A stretch of 64,000 nt of DNA, from contig NW_014577074.1 of the NCBI RefSeq assembly GCF_000485595.1, forward strand, positions 949,479 through 1,013,478. The letters run 5' to 3'. Each line of letters begins with the position of its first letter. Position 1 is the first letter of the stretch. Of this stretch, positions 12,613 to 26,500 are shown piece after piece. The position numbers and the translations under genes were made by a program. Under the pieces are notes generated by a model. The model was not told the origin of the DNA, made no database searches, and saw only the letters and a list, made by a program, of their open reading frames with translations. The DNA comes from Priapulus caudatus. Lineage: Eukaryota.

Positions 12613-13487
12613 CTAGCTGCTGGTACCCGGCGCCTGGGTAAAATCGCTGCTACTAATTTCATAGGCTACTAATAAATGGGACACAATTATGGACATTGGG
12701 TAAAAATCGACAATAAACATCTGCTCACGAGAATATGAATGATTTAGAAATCAAGTCTATAAGATAAATAAGCATGCGGAAAACTGTTACGTATGACATA
12801 TTAATGACAGCACAACCAACTGTAGAACACGCGAACATAATAGTAAATCATGGTGAATGACAGAAAAGTTATTTAAACAGCATGTACGATATGGTTGGAC
12901 GTTTCTCATTTGAAAACCTCTATAAACAATGTTTTTCGTGTTATTCTCTGGTGGAAATAGTGTAAAGTATCCTGGCTCTGAGCGGAGCCCCGCCCGTCTG
13001 AACGTTTGTCTGCCCACGATAGGCTATGCACGTATGCAGCGTACAGCATGTACGAATGGTTTGCGCTTCTGCATTTCAAAGGGCCTGATGATAAACAATG
13101 GCAGTCGTACTTTGAATGGTGTGTGTCTGCCCTTTATCGAGTGTCTCGGTTTGGGTTTCACAATCGTTTCGGTTTCGGCAGCTGATGGAATGAGTGATGC
13201 GATTTTTCTCTGTGTGGCAGCACTGTGTACGAGTAGTGCTGACAATGTGTTTGGAAGATTCACGAATTGAGGGGTTTTCACGATTTTTCGTGCTGGTTTG
13301 ACGGGCGATTGGACGGTTTTTTTCAGCTACGAACCACTCCGCCGGGTAAAGAATGGCCCTGTGAAAATTGCATCCAGTCGACTGGGCGTGGGTGGCGCGC
13401 CTATAGGGAAGATACATACATACATACATACATACATACATACATACATACATACATACATACATACGAACTCAAATATATATTAGA
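12613..13487 (-). mobile_element. Non-autonomous Helitron
   Basis: On the minus strand: A|TC start, CTAG|T end, no TSD, hairpin tacccaggcgccgggta ~11 nt from the 3' end, (TATG)n tract near the 5' end. Confidence 0.82.
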
Positions 13488-13609
13488 TATATGTGCGTGC
13501 GTGCGTGCGTGTGCGAGTGCGTGCTCGTTCGCGTGTGCGTGTGTACATGTGTAATGGGCTGGCTGGCTGGCTCGCCACAACATGATCGTGGAATCACGAA
13601 CATTTACAT

Positions 13610-13676
13610 CAGGAGTAGATAATAGGGTAATAGATAATAGGGTAATAGGATAATAGATCCCTATTATCTACTCCTG
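13610..13676. mobile_element. Minimal TIR remnant (possible P-like excision footprint)
   Basis: Perfect 18-bp inverted ends CAGGAGTAGATAATAGGG, 31-bp filler, 8-bp TSD ATTTACAT. Confidence 0.8.
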
Positions 13677-14485
13677 ATTTACATGCTATTCGTTACCTGG
13701 AATAGCTAGCATTCATACTACAATATATTATACAAAACGTACTAATGTAATAATGAAATCCCTACTGTTAGTTGTATTGATTTTAAAATAAGCTCACTCT
13801 AACACATTGATAAAGGGAAGCGTTCTCTTAAAAATGAATTTAATATGAATAAAATGTACGGCTGTGAATATAATCAATTGTATTGAGTGTAACACAGTTT
13901 CAAAATGTAATCAGAGAAGACGTACCGCTCTACCCTGAGATCACCCGTTCACAGTGCGTACTTAATTGCAACAGCCATCCGTCATTCAAAACGTTGGATC
14001 CGCCATTACATTTTACATATTCGCGTTTAACGTCTGTTACGTTTCCAGTAGCTTTCTGTGCGGTGCAATCTAGGATATCCATGCGTGGAACAGTTTTATT
14101 GCAGGCGATACCAGTATCCGATACCAGTATCCGATACCAGTATCCGATCCCGTACCTGATATCCTGAGGGTTTTGACGCGATTTTTGATTGGGTATCAAG
14201 TAATTTTACACCGAATAAATCATATATGATACGAGTTGTAATTAATCATAAAATGCTTTAATTCATCCTAGATGAAATATACATAATCAACGTAAAAATA
14301 ATTAATTTTAAATACGATAGTGAATCATAAGCGCAATGCTCAATTGTTCGATTGTGATTATAACGTTTTCTACAACCTCCGCGATGTGGCGCCCGTGTCC
14401 GAACTTGGAATCGCGCATTTTGTAGTGTTATCATATGTGATATTAGTTTTCTAATTAGCGTCTTTACTGTTAATATAAGCACATT

Positions 14486-14566
14486 ATGATGAAACGAAAG
14501 AACACAAGTCGTATATTAGTTGATTCTGACTCGTCTGACAGCGAAAGTGGTGCGGATTTGGACGAG
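14486..14566 (+). CDS. RTF1: RTF1 exon 1
   Basis: [27 protein letters not shown]|gtttgt, phase 0. Confidence 0.75.
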
Positions 14567-17500
14567 GTTTGTATAGAGATAGGCCCACCTCACGTGCGGT
14601 GTGCAGTGTAAATTGAAAATACTAAGTTACAAGTTTCAACTACAACTTAATACATTACAAGTTGAAGTACAACGGCCGTCTCTGCTCAATCCTAGTTTGG
14701 GACCCCGGTATATATAGTTGGCATATGTGCTAAACTAATCCGGGGTGGTAAACTAGAATGGGGTCGCCGTCTGCATGCTAGTCAGTGGCGTAGCCAGGAT
14801 TTTGGTTCAAGGATAGAGAACATGGGGATTTTTAACAAGGGGGCTAGCTCCAAGAAACGGTATTGCTAGGGTTAGAATACCGTATAGACAACACGTCTAG
14901 GAATACGATGTCTATACGTCTATATACGTCTATACGTCTACGTATAGGAATACTGTATAGACAATCCGTCGCACAGCCTGGTCAGGCTACAAGGGGGCCA
15001 AAAACAGCGAACTGCGCAAAATAGTGGATGACTTAATATTTTAATGGTTCCTCCACCTCCCTCTCCGCACCCTACGCTCCCCACCCCCCCAGCTCTGCAA
15101 TCTTTGTTTTGGGCGCCATGCAAAAAGACGACATTTTTGTTCGTTGTTCTCTGATATGTAACTGTTCAGGCCATAATAAAAATATTGACTGTTTGCCCTC
15201 ACCTGGCCGACCCGCCAAAAAAGGGCCGACTCACAAAATTTTATTGATTTTTCCCTTTTTTTTTCTTTTTTTTACAAATTGTATCACGTACATTATATAA
15301 ATCTGTAGGCAATACATTATATGTACCAAGCAAAAGAAACATTCAACATAAAAGGTATCTCCACACAAGCACACCCGAGCATGTAGACACCATGCTGAAT
15401 TTGTAAAAAGAACCCCCTCAAAAAAAATAAAAAGGCTACCTACCTACCCAAACTTTTCAGCCTGGTTCGGGTGAGGGCAAACAACAATTTTTTTAATTGT
15501 GGCCTTAGTGGCGGATCCAGGATTCCAAGGAAGGGGGTGAAAAACAGGCGGGGTGTTGCATGGGGGTCTTCCCCCAGAAAATGTTGAAAATGTAGATTGC
15601 AGGAGATGGTATTTGAGACACTTTTGAGTACATTACATGTACATTACGTGTAATATTTGGTTTCAGTCACAGTTTTAGTCACAATTTTCATTCAAATTAT
15701 CTCTTTTATAGTACTTATTCACTAATTTTTAGCTCATCTGACGTAGCCAGGTGCAGCTTGTAGAATAGCATAATCGTCCGTCCGGCCGTCCGTCCGTCCG
15801 TCCGTCAACAGTTGGGCACAAATCTTAACGTTAACCGCTCCACGTACGGTCACGATATTCGGGACGTGGGGGGGTAATCCGAAAACGAGTTGGGATGTCG
15901 AAGCTGGGGGTCAAAGGTCAAAGGTGAGCGACAGGCGATCATCTAAGCGATCTACTGCGGTGAACTCTGTGGTGGAGTGGTGGCATTACTACGTAAAACG
16001 CAGCTGTTTCAGCTCCCAAATGTGTTAACACTAGCATGGACGAAACGTGGGAGACATGGCACAGGGATTGTGATCACACAGGAACGCATTCTCCAAAAAG
16101 GAATGTCTCGTTGGCAATCCGTATGAAAAGTCTGCCAACGAGATGGGCGCGTAGAGCTTTCAAAGTGTCTTCAGATTAAAGATGGAAGCTGCGGCAATCA
16201 GTACGTAGTAGTAATAATTAGGTATCAGAAGTGATCATATTTCAAGTGGCATGAAATTTTTATAAGCTTTGCTGGAATTTAGTACTACAGCTCATGAAAA
16301 AGACAACATTTCTGATACGGCTCATTTGTCCAACCATTTGAATGTATACTTTATTGAGATATTGGCTTATTTAAAAAGTTCATAGGGAAGGGTCGAATTT
16401 TGTTTAAATTACGGGGATAAGCTGATATAATCAAGTAATCAATTTGGGGGCACAGTCATATCTCGGAAAATGCCAACCACTTCAGCTGACCATTGAACCG
16501 CTATTTGTCATGAACCTTAAACCAGCGCTATAGGCATAGCAACCTCTGCTATTTATTCTTTCGGTTGTGGAAAAATTTAAATTTTTTTAATGATATTTTT
16601 GAAACTACCGCACTTGTACAGGCATATTCTACTAGCCATGTCGTAAACAACTGCCAGCATTCTTTTAGCTAGTTGGGGCGCGCAAGAGATTGCTCATGGC
16701 ATTTTCAAATCGCACATAAATTGCAAAACCGTACGGTAGCACAGAAGTATCTTTGGAGACGAAAAAAAAAAAGAAGAAGAAAGGAAAAAAACAAGGGGCA
16801 ATAGGTATCAAGTTTAAAAAGCTCTGTGAATATGGACCATGACAGAATGTCCAGCTCATTATTTTAAACTGTAATCCAAACATAGGCGCGCCGCGACGCA
16901 CGCCGCGCGCGGCGCTGCAACAGCGCACGCTGTGGCTCTAAACTGGGCAACGCAAGTGCACTTTTTAAAAACAAAAATGCATACCAAATCAGATCAAGGA
17001 TAAAATGTAATTTGCCATATTTTCATTTACATAAATTTTTGAAATCCATGCTTTACTTTGTCTAGATAACTAATTCAGTCGTTTCGTCATAACATTGTTT
17101 ATTCAAAGACGGGGCCTCAGTGAGTAAAGTACAACACCAGCTGTCAGGGCTTGGGGGGGCTGTAAGATCGGCCTAGCAACACATAAACAAAGCATAAACA
17201 CCGACTCGGCGGGCCGCCGCCAGTCGTAGGACGCGGCAAGAATCGATAAAAAGATAGCAGGCGAGGCTGACTTAGTTCAGTCTTTAGTTCTATTTTTCCC
17301 AAACTGCAAAATATTATTAAACAGCAATACAATACGACCGGAAGGGATATAGTAAGAGTAACTAATTTTCGTGCAAAGAACGTGATTAGTTTGACGGCTC
17401 GAACTCGGCTTGAGATCAGATTGGGCCGGGCAAAGACGTTAGCATTGCCATCGGGCTGCGCCGGCATGATTCGTAAGCGCGAGCTCACTGAGGCGGCGCT

Positions 17501-20500
17501 GTGTTCAATGGCCTTCGTTCGTATAGCCTTATATTCAGGAGCCCTACTGCGGCTGCTACAAGGTCGCATTCTCCTGGCGGTGAATATAGGCTCACTTGGT
17601 GGGCGGGGGGCTTATGCGGGGCTGCTTCGTTAAATTCCTGGGCTCCATTTTGTATGAAATCACCGAAAATAGTTGCGACGTTAGCGATGAACAAACATAA
17701 CGCGATTATAGAATCCTTAAACCGTCAATTTTATAGGAAATATTTTATTACGCTACGCGGGCCAAATAATTTCAGCATGAAAGGTGGTAAAGGGGCGGCG
17801 GGGCTAAAACGCGCGTGCTCTGCTGTGACTAGTTATGTTTTGGTTAAAAATGATTAGCTAGCAATCGGCAGTAAAAGGGCGGCCTGGGACTAAGAGCTTA
17901 TACCCTTGCACGATGGCTTTTCACAATAGGCTTGGGCGAAGACGTAATTATGTCGCGCAGACGCTAGGGCGGCAGAGTGTTCAGGGTCTAATACCTCTGT
18001 GAGTGAATGGTAGTAATTTTAATGAAAAATACATAAAGTCAAAGAGTCTATACACTTCCACGCTGTTCAAATGTATATAATTTTCGGCGGGCCATTAAAT
18101 AATAATCATTGGGTGGGGGCTAATTTCGCCTGTTGAAAAAGGGAAGCTTTTCTCTCACTCGCGGTGCAAGGCAGCGGAAGGCCGGCGAATATGTGCTTTA
18201 CTTGATAGCGCTACGTAAATAACCTATTGCAGAGGCAGAATAGGCCTAAGGCGGCCTCATACCATTTATAGCCTAGCGGCAAGACCTAGCAGGGCCGAAA
18301 TAGAGGCTGCCACCTGTAATCTAGACGCAAGCAAAACTACACAGTACGGGGCCGCTGGCAGTGGGCAATAGCGTTACATGTAAAGAAAGCACTGAGCAGT
18401 AAACGAATGGCCACTAGCCAATTTCGATTTAAGGAGGACAGTCAAACCTTCATCCTAACGCGCAAAATTATAGCGAGACTTCTAGAAAAATTTCACTGAT
18501 GAGCATTGTTAGCGCTCCACATACTCGGGAACGGCATTATATAGAATTTGAGGGCTAGCAAACGCGGCGTCAATTCTTTCTAGAGAGTAACGTAAAGCAA
18601 ATCATCGTTTAACGGCGCTGCCTACGGTTGAGGGTCAAGGTTATCCGACCACGTTACTCTCTAGCGAGCAGTCAGAGCAGAAAGTAATTTCATGGTCCTG
18701 TTCAATAAAGGCCATAAAACTCTCGGCCTCACCGGGTGAAAAAAAAAGTTCTTATTCAATCAGCATCCGTCAGAACCAATGGTCGCTCCACAGAAAAATG
18801 TCTAAAAATCTCTGCCACTGTGGGCCCCATATGACGCTTAGACTGAACGCAGGCGTACCTCGCAATTCTCGGACGGCAGCAAGTGAATCAGGGCTTTTTC
18901 TGAACCGCATCGATGGCTAATCACCGCTATCACAAGCCTAGGTCCGAGGCCTTTTAGATTTGTGGGCCCGCAGCATATTGCTGGCATTCCTCCCTAGTGT
19001 ACCGTAAGTTAAAGGGAATGTTTCCGGCCCTTCCTTTTAAGCAGGGCGCAGTCTTTGACCTTGATGCAACGCTCTTGAGCCGGGCCGCCGAGACTTCGAC
19101 ATTCCAAATCGTTTTCCGGATTACCAGCCCGCTCCACTGGTCCCGCATTATGTAGACGCCAGCAGGCAGGGTAGGCGTGGAGCGGAATTAACAGTTGAAA
19201 TTTGTTGGGCCCAACTGTTGACTGACGGACGGACGGAAGCGCTCCTCGGGCGACGAGGACATTTATACGCCTTCTCTANNNNNNNNNNCTAGAATCCCAC
19301 CACTCCACCACAGAGTCACCGCAGTAGACGTTAGATGAGCGCTGTCGCTCCGCGGCACTTGTTATTGTTTTATAATACTCGGCAACAAATATCAAATGAC
19401 TGTTATAATGAATATCCCGTACCATGTACAAAATTATAATCGGAAGATCATGGTCATTCACCACAAGGGACAGCACAAGTGTTGCTGCTAAACATGTGTG
19501 AATGCAAACAAAAACATGGGCAATTTTTTTACTACATAATTTATGTCCTATTGCATTATCAAAAGCACCAACACATGGAATAAAAAATCATCGATCATTC
19601 AGTATGTCTGCCAACAATAGTACTAGTAGTAGAAATTGTTGTGCCTTTCTCTACTGTTTGACACATGTGCTATAATTGCAAGGTCAACGAGACACTGCCC
19701 AATTGACATCTTTCCTCGTGGTCTTCTGTAAGAATAGTTACTTGCCATAATGTGCCTATGATAGATTATAATACAGGCCTCCCTCAGGATATTTTATAGT
19801 TTGAGCCAAGACTCGAGCCACCAACGGTATTTTTTGGCCACCAATGAAAAACTATAGCCACTGTTTACTTTATCGTATCTGCTAAGCAAGCCATAAACAG
19901 GTGATGGGCATGGGAAAAGATGTGTACGAAAATATTTTACGACATGAAGTCTTAGTCACATGATGCAATTTGACGATTTCGTTATTCAATCGTAATTTTG
20001 TGAGCAGTTAAATCATTCGCAATTGTACATAAAAAAAACATAAACCAAACTTGTCATATTATTCTGATTGTGTCCTTTAAAATTTCCTAACAATTTATGC
20101 AAACAATACCAGTAAATATTTTAATGGTAAAAAAATGAGAACAGTCCGGAAGACTGTTTGAAAGATTGAACCGGCTAATTGGATTATCAGGCTAGAGTAT
20201 GATAATACTATGCAGAGGCACAGGTCTGTCATTATCAGGTACATTTCCTAGAAGAATGCTAAAATCCAATTCATATTAAAAAATGTACTCTGTGGAAGCA
20301 AGTCTACTAGTTCACCTGTGAATGATCTTGCACCAACTCACCACACAGATTAAAACGAGTGTGCAAAGTTTAAACACCAAGACAAAGGTGGATTGTTTGA
20401 GATGTACCTGTATTGAGTAGTCCCACAAAAACATGTTAAGAATAAGCAACCTCACTTTATTTTAATAGCGTTGGTGTTTGGTTGGTTTACATAGTGCGGT

Positions 20501-23500
20501 TGTTTAATAATAAAGTTGTCTAAATCTTGTGAATCGCTTTCATTGAAAGTTCCAAACTTTAACATAGCTTATATACATGTTACTATTATGCTATATGCTT
20601 TATATTTTACATTAGCTGTTAATAGTGTAGACCTGTGATATAGCCTTTTTTATTTTGTTGTAGGATCTGAAGATTTTATCTAAGAAGAGGAAACCAAATC
20701 CTGAACCCTCGAAAAGTGACGATTCTGTATCTGGAACGTCAGAAAGTGATGATGATGTATGTTGTCATCTCTCTCCTGGTTCTATTTTGCATAGTTCATA
20801 TTTCATATCTTCTACACGACCTGAATGACAAAAAGTGGGTGAGACACTGTGTACTAAGTTGGTCGCCAATTGAAATTTAGCTTGGACGGGTAAAATCTTT
20901 GCGTAAAGGGTTAAATGGTATAGAAACAAAATCTCGTTAGGATTCCATAGATGAATTATAGCCTACCATAGAATATTTGTTATACATCTATTTTGGCTTT
21001 GTAGTGGACAGTGAATGGAAAAGGCGGCAAGAAAAAACAAAAGAAACGACAGAACAGAAAATCCACTTCGCAATCGGAGAGCAAAAATGAAGAGTTTGCT
21101 GTCAGTGATGGCGCTAGAAGCGACTCTGAGCCAGAGGAAGGTAGGCACTGCCATATTTAGACCGCAATTGCTACGCTTACAGGGTGCGAAATTAATGCGA
21201 ACGGACGAAATTAAGTCAAATACTCCCTGATTTACTGTCAGACTCCCTGATTTGACATATGCAGGAGTCCGTGTGACTCTCTGAAAATTCTGCCATACTA
21301 TACTAACTAGTTCGTTCCAGAGCACGGCCTCGTGGAATTACCGTATTTTTTCAGCAAATGTCCAAAGAAAATTTGGCAGACGTGCAACCACATGAATCTT
21401 CAAAATAAGCACGTGTTATTGTTAATATCTTTAATTTTGAACTTCGGACTGCGGACGCCATCATTTTGCTGCGGTCGCCCTCTTTTTGAGGGTAGGGAGT
21501 CCGTTGGAATCCCGTTTTCAAAAGTTAATTTCTACCCCTGCACTTACATTCATCCATATCTCTCTCTTACAGTGACAGCGTACCTGTTTTTCTGCATCCT
21601 AATCACCTAATGTGTCTATCATCTCTCATCCCTCTTTATCTCTTCTCTACCATCCTGCTATAAATCTCATTGTCTGTCTCTGTGTACGATATAGAATAGG
21701 TGTTCACTCTCGAACCGAGTAGAATACTAGATTATCTTATTGTTGCTCGCAAACGACTAAAGCTCGCTTATTAGCACAAGTTTACGTCATGTTTACGACT
21801 TGATGTGATTGTGCGTGTGCGCGAGTAGGCGAAGTGTCCGACTCCGATGTCGGGACTGCCGAGTCGGCGTCATCAGCGGAGGAGGAATTTCACGATGGAT
21901 ACGACGAGAACCTGATGGGAGATGATGAGGATCGGGAGAGGTTGGAACAGATGACGGAGAAGGAGAGGGAGCAGGAGCTGTTCAATCGCATAGAGAAGCG
22001 AGAAGTGCTCAAGACGAGGTAGGTGGCCTCTGTGATTATGTCTACGATGTTAATCCATGATTTAATCCGTGATCGTGAAAATGCAACGTGATGTTGGCGT
22101 GGAGTCGCCGTCATTTTTAATTTAGTTTCGGCAAGAGTAGTTCTTCGGTATTCCACGTGTTCTTGCCAGAATTAATTAAGTGTAACAAGGATGGATGTAT
22201 GCATGCTGAACGATCGTGTAAAGTTTTCCACCGTCACAGAATGACGAGATGTGCCTCATTTTCCACCACCTACCATGATACATCTTAAGTCTCACCAACT
22301 CTCGCGATCCATATTATCCCTCGCTTCCCCAAAGATAGGTCTCACGTCCCACTTCCTCCCAAGACAAGCCTTACGTCTCGCCTCTGCTCCTTCTGTATGC
22401 TGTACCTCTCTGAACCTTGCACAATGCTCACCTCTCCCGTTGCAGGTTTGAAATCGAGAAGAAGCTGCGGCAAGCGAAGAAGAAGGAGCAGAAGCGGAAG
22501 GTGAAGAAGAAGGAGCCGGAGAAGCCGAAGCCGCCTCCGGCAGCCGCCTCCTCCGTCACGCCGCTGCTGTCCCGCAGCACGGAGCGACGCAAGACCGTCG
22601 AGGAGAATCGCAAACAGGACACGAAGCAGCAGGCCTTCCAGGCGCTGAAAGCTAAACGCGAGAAGAAGAAGGAGCAGGAAGGTGAGCGCGTAGCGAGATC
22701 GCCCCCAGCGGGCTAGCGACGTGGGCTGCTATCACGATGAGGGGGCAGGGTGGGGTGGTGGTGGTGGTGGTGGTGGTGGTGGGTGGGGTGGGGTGGGGTG
22801 GGTGGAGTGGGTGGTGGTGGTGGTAGGTGGTGGTGGGTGGGTGGTGGTGTCGTGGGTGGGTGGGGTGGGTGGTGGTAGGTGGTGGGTGGGTGGGTGGGTG
22901 GTGGTGGTGGTGGTGGTAGGTGGGTGGGTGGGTGGGTGGATAGGGGTGGTGGTGGTGGGGTGGGTAGGGTGGGGTAGCAGGTGGTGTTTAGCCCTGTCAG
23001 AAATCTTGTGCTGTGTAATAAAGTTCGTCGAGGCTAAATTTGGATTTACGCAATTGATCATTGATATACGTTATGATCTAACAAATTCTTAATTCAATGT
23101 ATTCTCAATCACAATACAACAATATGTACAGCTGTGTAGTACTATTCCTTTTGGTATGAAATTGAGAATTATTCACATTAGTTTATCGGTTACGCGGCAT
23201 CTTGCAGCCGAGCAGCAGGCTAAGAAGGCTCCGCTGAAGGCCAGCGACATATACTCGGACGACGAGTCGTCGGCGAGTTCCTCGTCCTCGGAAGAGGAGG
23301 CGGAGAAGAAGAAAAGTGCGGTGGCCGAGACGTCGGGGTCCGAGTCGAAGGAGCGCTCGTCTGACAGTGACAGCGACAGCGACGAGTAAGTTTGCCCCGG
23401 CTGTTTGCGGCTACTGTATACGCTGTATATTTTGCGGTGGTTTAATTTTCGCGAATTTCGCGAACGCATCCCCGACCACAAAAATAACAACACGCGAATA

Positions 23501-26500
23501 ATTCGTACCGAATAATACCAAATAATTCGTAATTCACCGACCGCGAAATGAACCACTCGCGAAATTGTCCGTCAAGTCTGAATTCGCGAAAATGTCTGTA
23601 CACGAAAAATATGGCGTACACAGTAAGTGAGCGGACGCTCTAGCTGGGCTGTTTGCGGCGTCCGGAGAGCGGGAAGGTAGTGAATAGCTGTCGGGCGTCG
23701 ACAGTGATCACGCTGGACCCAGGCTGCTGCATAGCCCGAAAATTGTGTGTGGGGGGGGGGGTGAAATAATGACCTGCCTTTCTTGTGGCATAGATTGTGT
23801 TAGGTTCGATGGAAAACCATGTTTTTATGGAGCCAACTTCCGGCATTGGTTGTTTTTCCATTGTTTTGGTCTCGAGATGTCAATTTCTGTATTCTTTTTA
23901 ATTCCAGCTCATCAACGGAAGAAACCAGAAAGCCCAAGAAAACGGTTCCTGTCAGTTGCAAGGAAGAGCTGTTGCCAATCAGAATCTCACGGCACAAAAT
24001 CGAGAAGTGAGTTTCTTGTACTATATCATGTTCCTGCGTGCGTATATTTCACTTTGCCGCATTTTCCAATGCCGAAATGCTAGCAAGGGACCCACATGTA
24101 TGGAAACTATATTGTTGACTGTGATTAGGGTATGGGTGGGCTAGATTTGTTATGTGCATGCATTCTTATATTTTGTCATTAATCGTCCCTGCATATGTGG
24201 ATGTTAGCATGCAGTGTGCTTTACAGATGGTGCCACGCTCCTTTCTTTAACAAGATTATGCTGGGAGCCTATGTACGAATAGGCATCGGTAACAACAATG
24301 GAAGACCTGTGTACAGGGTATGCAGTGCCATCTGTAGTAGCTTTGCAGAGATATATGGTTCAGAGACCTTCTAAATATTAGATCATATCATAATATAATT
24401 TTTACATACGTGAATTGCGACGTGCATCAGAAATGTGACTTTTATAGCTATATGTGACCCGGGTAACCATGTTATTATTGAGAATGTGATCCTGCTTACA
24501 ATTGTCTGCGTTTACTGGCAGACATGGTGAATACAATGAATAGCATGGCCATGTAAGAAATGTACTTGTCTCGCAGATTGCCGAGGTTGTTGAAGTTGTA
24601 GAGACAGCAAAGGTTTATCAGCTCGGCTCTACACGGACGAATAAAGGTTTGAAGTTAAGGTGAGCCGTTTTTTCTTGTCTTACATTATATAGGGGTCACG
24701 CCACGTGTGTAGTGTTTACTGCCAACATTAAAATTTTAGTGTCATATAGTGATAGATGCTGGGTGGCAAACTATGAGACAGAGAGGTTTTAACTCGACGT
24801 CTGGGCTGATAATGTTTATTCGCCTTCATTGGGCACTTACATCATTTTGTACAATGGTGGGTACCACTCTTAGCTTTTATTTTTTGGTTGACTATGGTCT
24901 TTTGTCTCCTTTTCCAACAGGAAGCCATTTTAATGACTATGCTTCATGCTAGTGTGTGCTAAGTGTTGCATTCTAGATCACTGAAGCTTCAGTCAACATT
25001 AACTTACCTTAGGCTATTCTAGAAATATGTAAAGTGTAATTTGTCATTTTATTTTTGCAAAAACATGGCATATATTCATACGTATTAGGATATCTAAATG
25101 GCACAATGGCGTCAACTGTTCTCGCCTAAGCCGTGCAGGTTAACGCTGTGAAACTGCATGGAGAACTAAATGTAACATCCGTCGCATAGCTCCTACGCAA
25201 GCCTCCCAGTCAAGTTACGTCACTATGACAATGTGTAGCCTAAAAACAGTAAGGTTAAAAATATTATCCATTGCGGAAATGAAACTCGCTTACTATATCC
25301 CGTTTGTCTCGCAATGGGTGGTCCAAAAGATAATAGAAGAACACAAGTGTATAGTAATAGTATACAAATGTAATAGTGTTCTTCTATTATCTTTTGGACC
25401 ACCCATTGCGAGACAAACGGGATATAGTAAGCGAGCTAAAAACAGTAGTTACACGCTAACAATTCATTGCCTAGTTTGCGGCAAGCGTTTTTGTTTGCAA
25501 GCTAACCTAGCGAAACTACATGGAGAAGTTGATGTAACTTGACCGCGTAGCTCGACTACTGAGCTATCCCATGCGAGTTACGTTGCTCATCACTCGGCGC
25601 ACGTTCTCGCTCAGGCACGGCTCTCAGGAGAGGGTCTTCCGGCTCGAGTTTGTCTCGAACAGCGACTACACGGAGAACGAGTTCTTCAAGTGGAAGGAGG
25701 CGATGACGCTCGCCGACCTCACGCTGCCGACGCTCAACGAGATACACCAGAAGGAGAAGGACATCCAGACAGCATTCAACTTCAAGTTCACCGACAAGGA
25801 TATCGAGCAGGTGAGCGCGTCGCTCTTGTGTTCACACAGTGACCCCATTTGATTGTTTTAGGCATATGGTTTTAGGCATGTGGTTTTAGGCATATGGTTT
25901 TAGGCATATGGTTTTAGGCATGTGGTTTTAGGCATATGGTTTTAGGCATNNNNNNNNNNTCGACAGTGATCACGCTGGACCCAGGCTGCTGCATAGCCCG
26001 AAAATTGTGTGTGTGTTGGGGGGGGGGGTGAAATAATGACCTGCCTTTCTTGTGGCATAGATTGTGTTAGGTTCGATGGAAAACCATGTTTTTATGGAGC
26101 CAACTTCCGGCATTGGTTGTTTTTCCATTGTTTTGGTCTCGAGATGTCAATTTCTGTATTCTTTTTAATTCCAGCTCATCAACGGAAGAAACCAGAAAGC
26201 CCAAGAAAACGGTTCCTGTCAGTTGCAAGGAAGAGCTGTTGCCAATCAGAATCTCACGGCACAAAATCGAGAAGTGAGTTTCTTGTACTATATCATGTTC
26301 CTGCGTGCGTATATTTCACTTTGCCGCATTTTCCAATGCCGAAATGCTAGCAAGGGACCCACATGTATGGAAACTATATTGTTGACTGTGATTAGGGTAT
26401 GGGTGGGCTAGATTTGTTATGTGCATGCATTCTTATATTTTGTCATTAATCGTCCCTGCATATGTGGATGTTAGCATGCAGTGTGCTTTACAGATGGTGC

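Noticed and set aside
17144..17857. Several 70-140-aa ORFs in GC-richer sequence, possible foreign gene
   Set aside because: They lie in noisy, inverted HINE-family fill; no recognisable motifs
22721..23092. Gly/Val/Trp-rich and Pro/Thr/His-rich ORFs
   Set aside because: Translations of the (GGT)n simple repeat
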